A DNA stretch of 64,000 nucleotides from the NCBI GenBank assembly GCA_013265495.1, contig MU058687.1, positions 4,834,093 to 4,898,092 of the forward strand, written 5' to 3'. The notes under the pieces are model-generated. The model saw only the letters and a program-made list of their open reading frames with translations. It did no database searches and was not told the DNA's origin. Below, piece after piece: positions 63,306-64,000 of the stretch. This stretch comes from Vicugna vicugna (Eukaryota). Positions within the stretch are counted from its first letter, which is position 1, and each line of letters begins with the position of its first letter. The position numbers and the translations under genes are program-made.

Positions 63306-64000
63306 TGTAAGATGCATAAAAACTAGATATTAATACCTAGTTTTTGTGTGTCTTATGGCACTTGTTACAATTAGATCCTCTTTTAGTCATTTTTTCAAAT
63401 TTTCCCCTTTTTGAGATGAGGTTGGGGCCCAAAGCTTCCTCATCTTTGGGTTTAATGAATATTTTGCACAGAGAAGATCAAATCATTGTTTCGGAAAAAA
63501 TCAGTTAAACAACTAATTGAAAATTTCTCCAGTTCATAAAAATTTAGTGAAAAGGGAAAAATGAATCGTCAGCCTTTACACTATGAGATATCTTCTTTCT
63601 ATACAGGTGTTAGAATAGTCTGCAGTGGAGGAGTGGGAGAGAGGAAATATAAATCAAAATGGAAAATTCTTAGACCAGTCTTATTTTCTATTTTTTTCCA
63701 ACTTTCTTCATACTCTCCGAAGTTCATTCCAAGAAAACTTTCCTGATAAGATGAAAGTGAGGTTTAAAATCCCACTCTAATCTAGCACGCCATTGGACTC
63801 TGGAAAACAAACAAACAAACAAAAACAGAACTGCTCCTCCTTTTGTATCTCAGAACTGAAACTTTCCCATTTTATCCCTTAAAAACATGACTTGATCTGC
63901 AGTCAGTGTGAAGCTACACAGTCTTTCCTTGTGGTCTGATGAGGTCTCAGCCTTTCCTCTGAAGTATCATTAACAGGCCGCTTGGGTGAGAATGGCCCAC

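Overview
This is mammalian non-coding genomic DNA, most likely camelid (alpaca/llama/camel). The taxon call rests on four copies of a tRNA-Ala(AGC)-derived SINE that resembles the camelid Vic-1 family, plus artiodactyl-type L1 3' ends. I find no supportable host protein-coding exon, functional RNA gene, CRISPR array or prokaryotic feature. The listed ORFs are chance or repeat-derived; one is a decayed L1 ORF2 C-terminus. Much of the window is interspersed repeat: Vic-1-like SINEs, L1 fragments of several ages, L2, MIR, four MLT1 solo LTRs, a MER21-like LTR and hAT DNA-transposon fossils (Arthur1-like, MER33, MER103C-like), along with microsatellites. Between them lie repeat-free stretches that look like conserved non-coding or enhancer sequence. 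L1 and LTR insertions are mostly on the minus strand, suggesting the window lies inside a large intron of a plus-strand gene. The best leads are a CpG-dense promoter/enhancer-like patch (6850-7010), a splice-site-bounded candidate antisense exon (46973-47291), an inverted SINE pair and several nested insertions. I could not support a novel biological system. Repeat family names come from my recollection of consensus sequences, not from a database search, and boundaries of old repeats are approximate.
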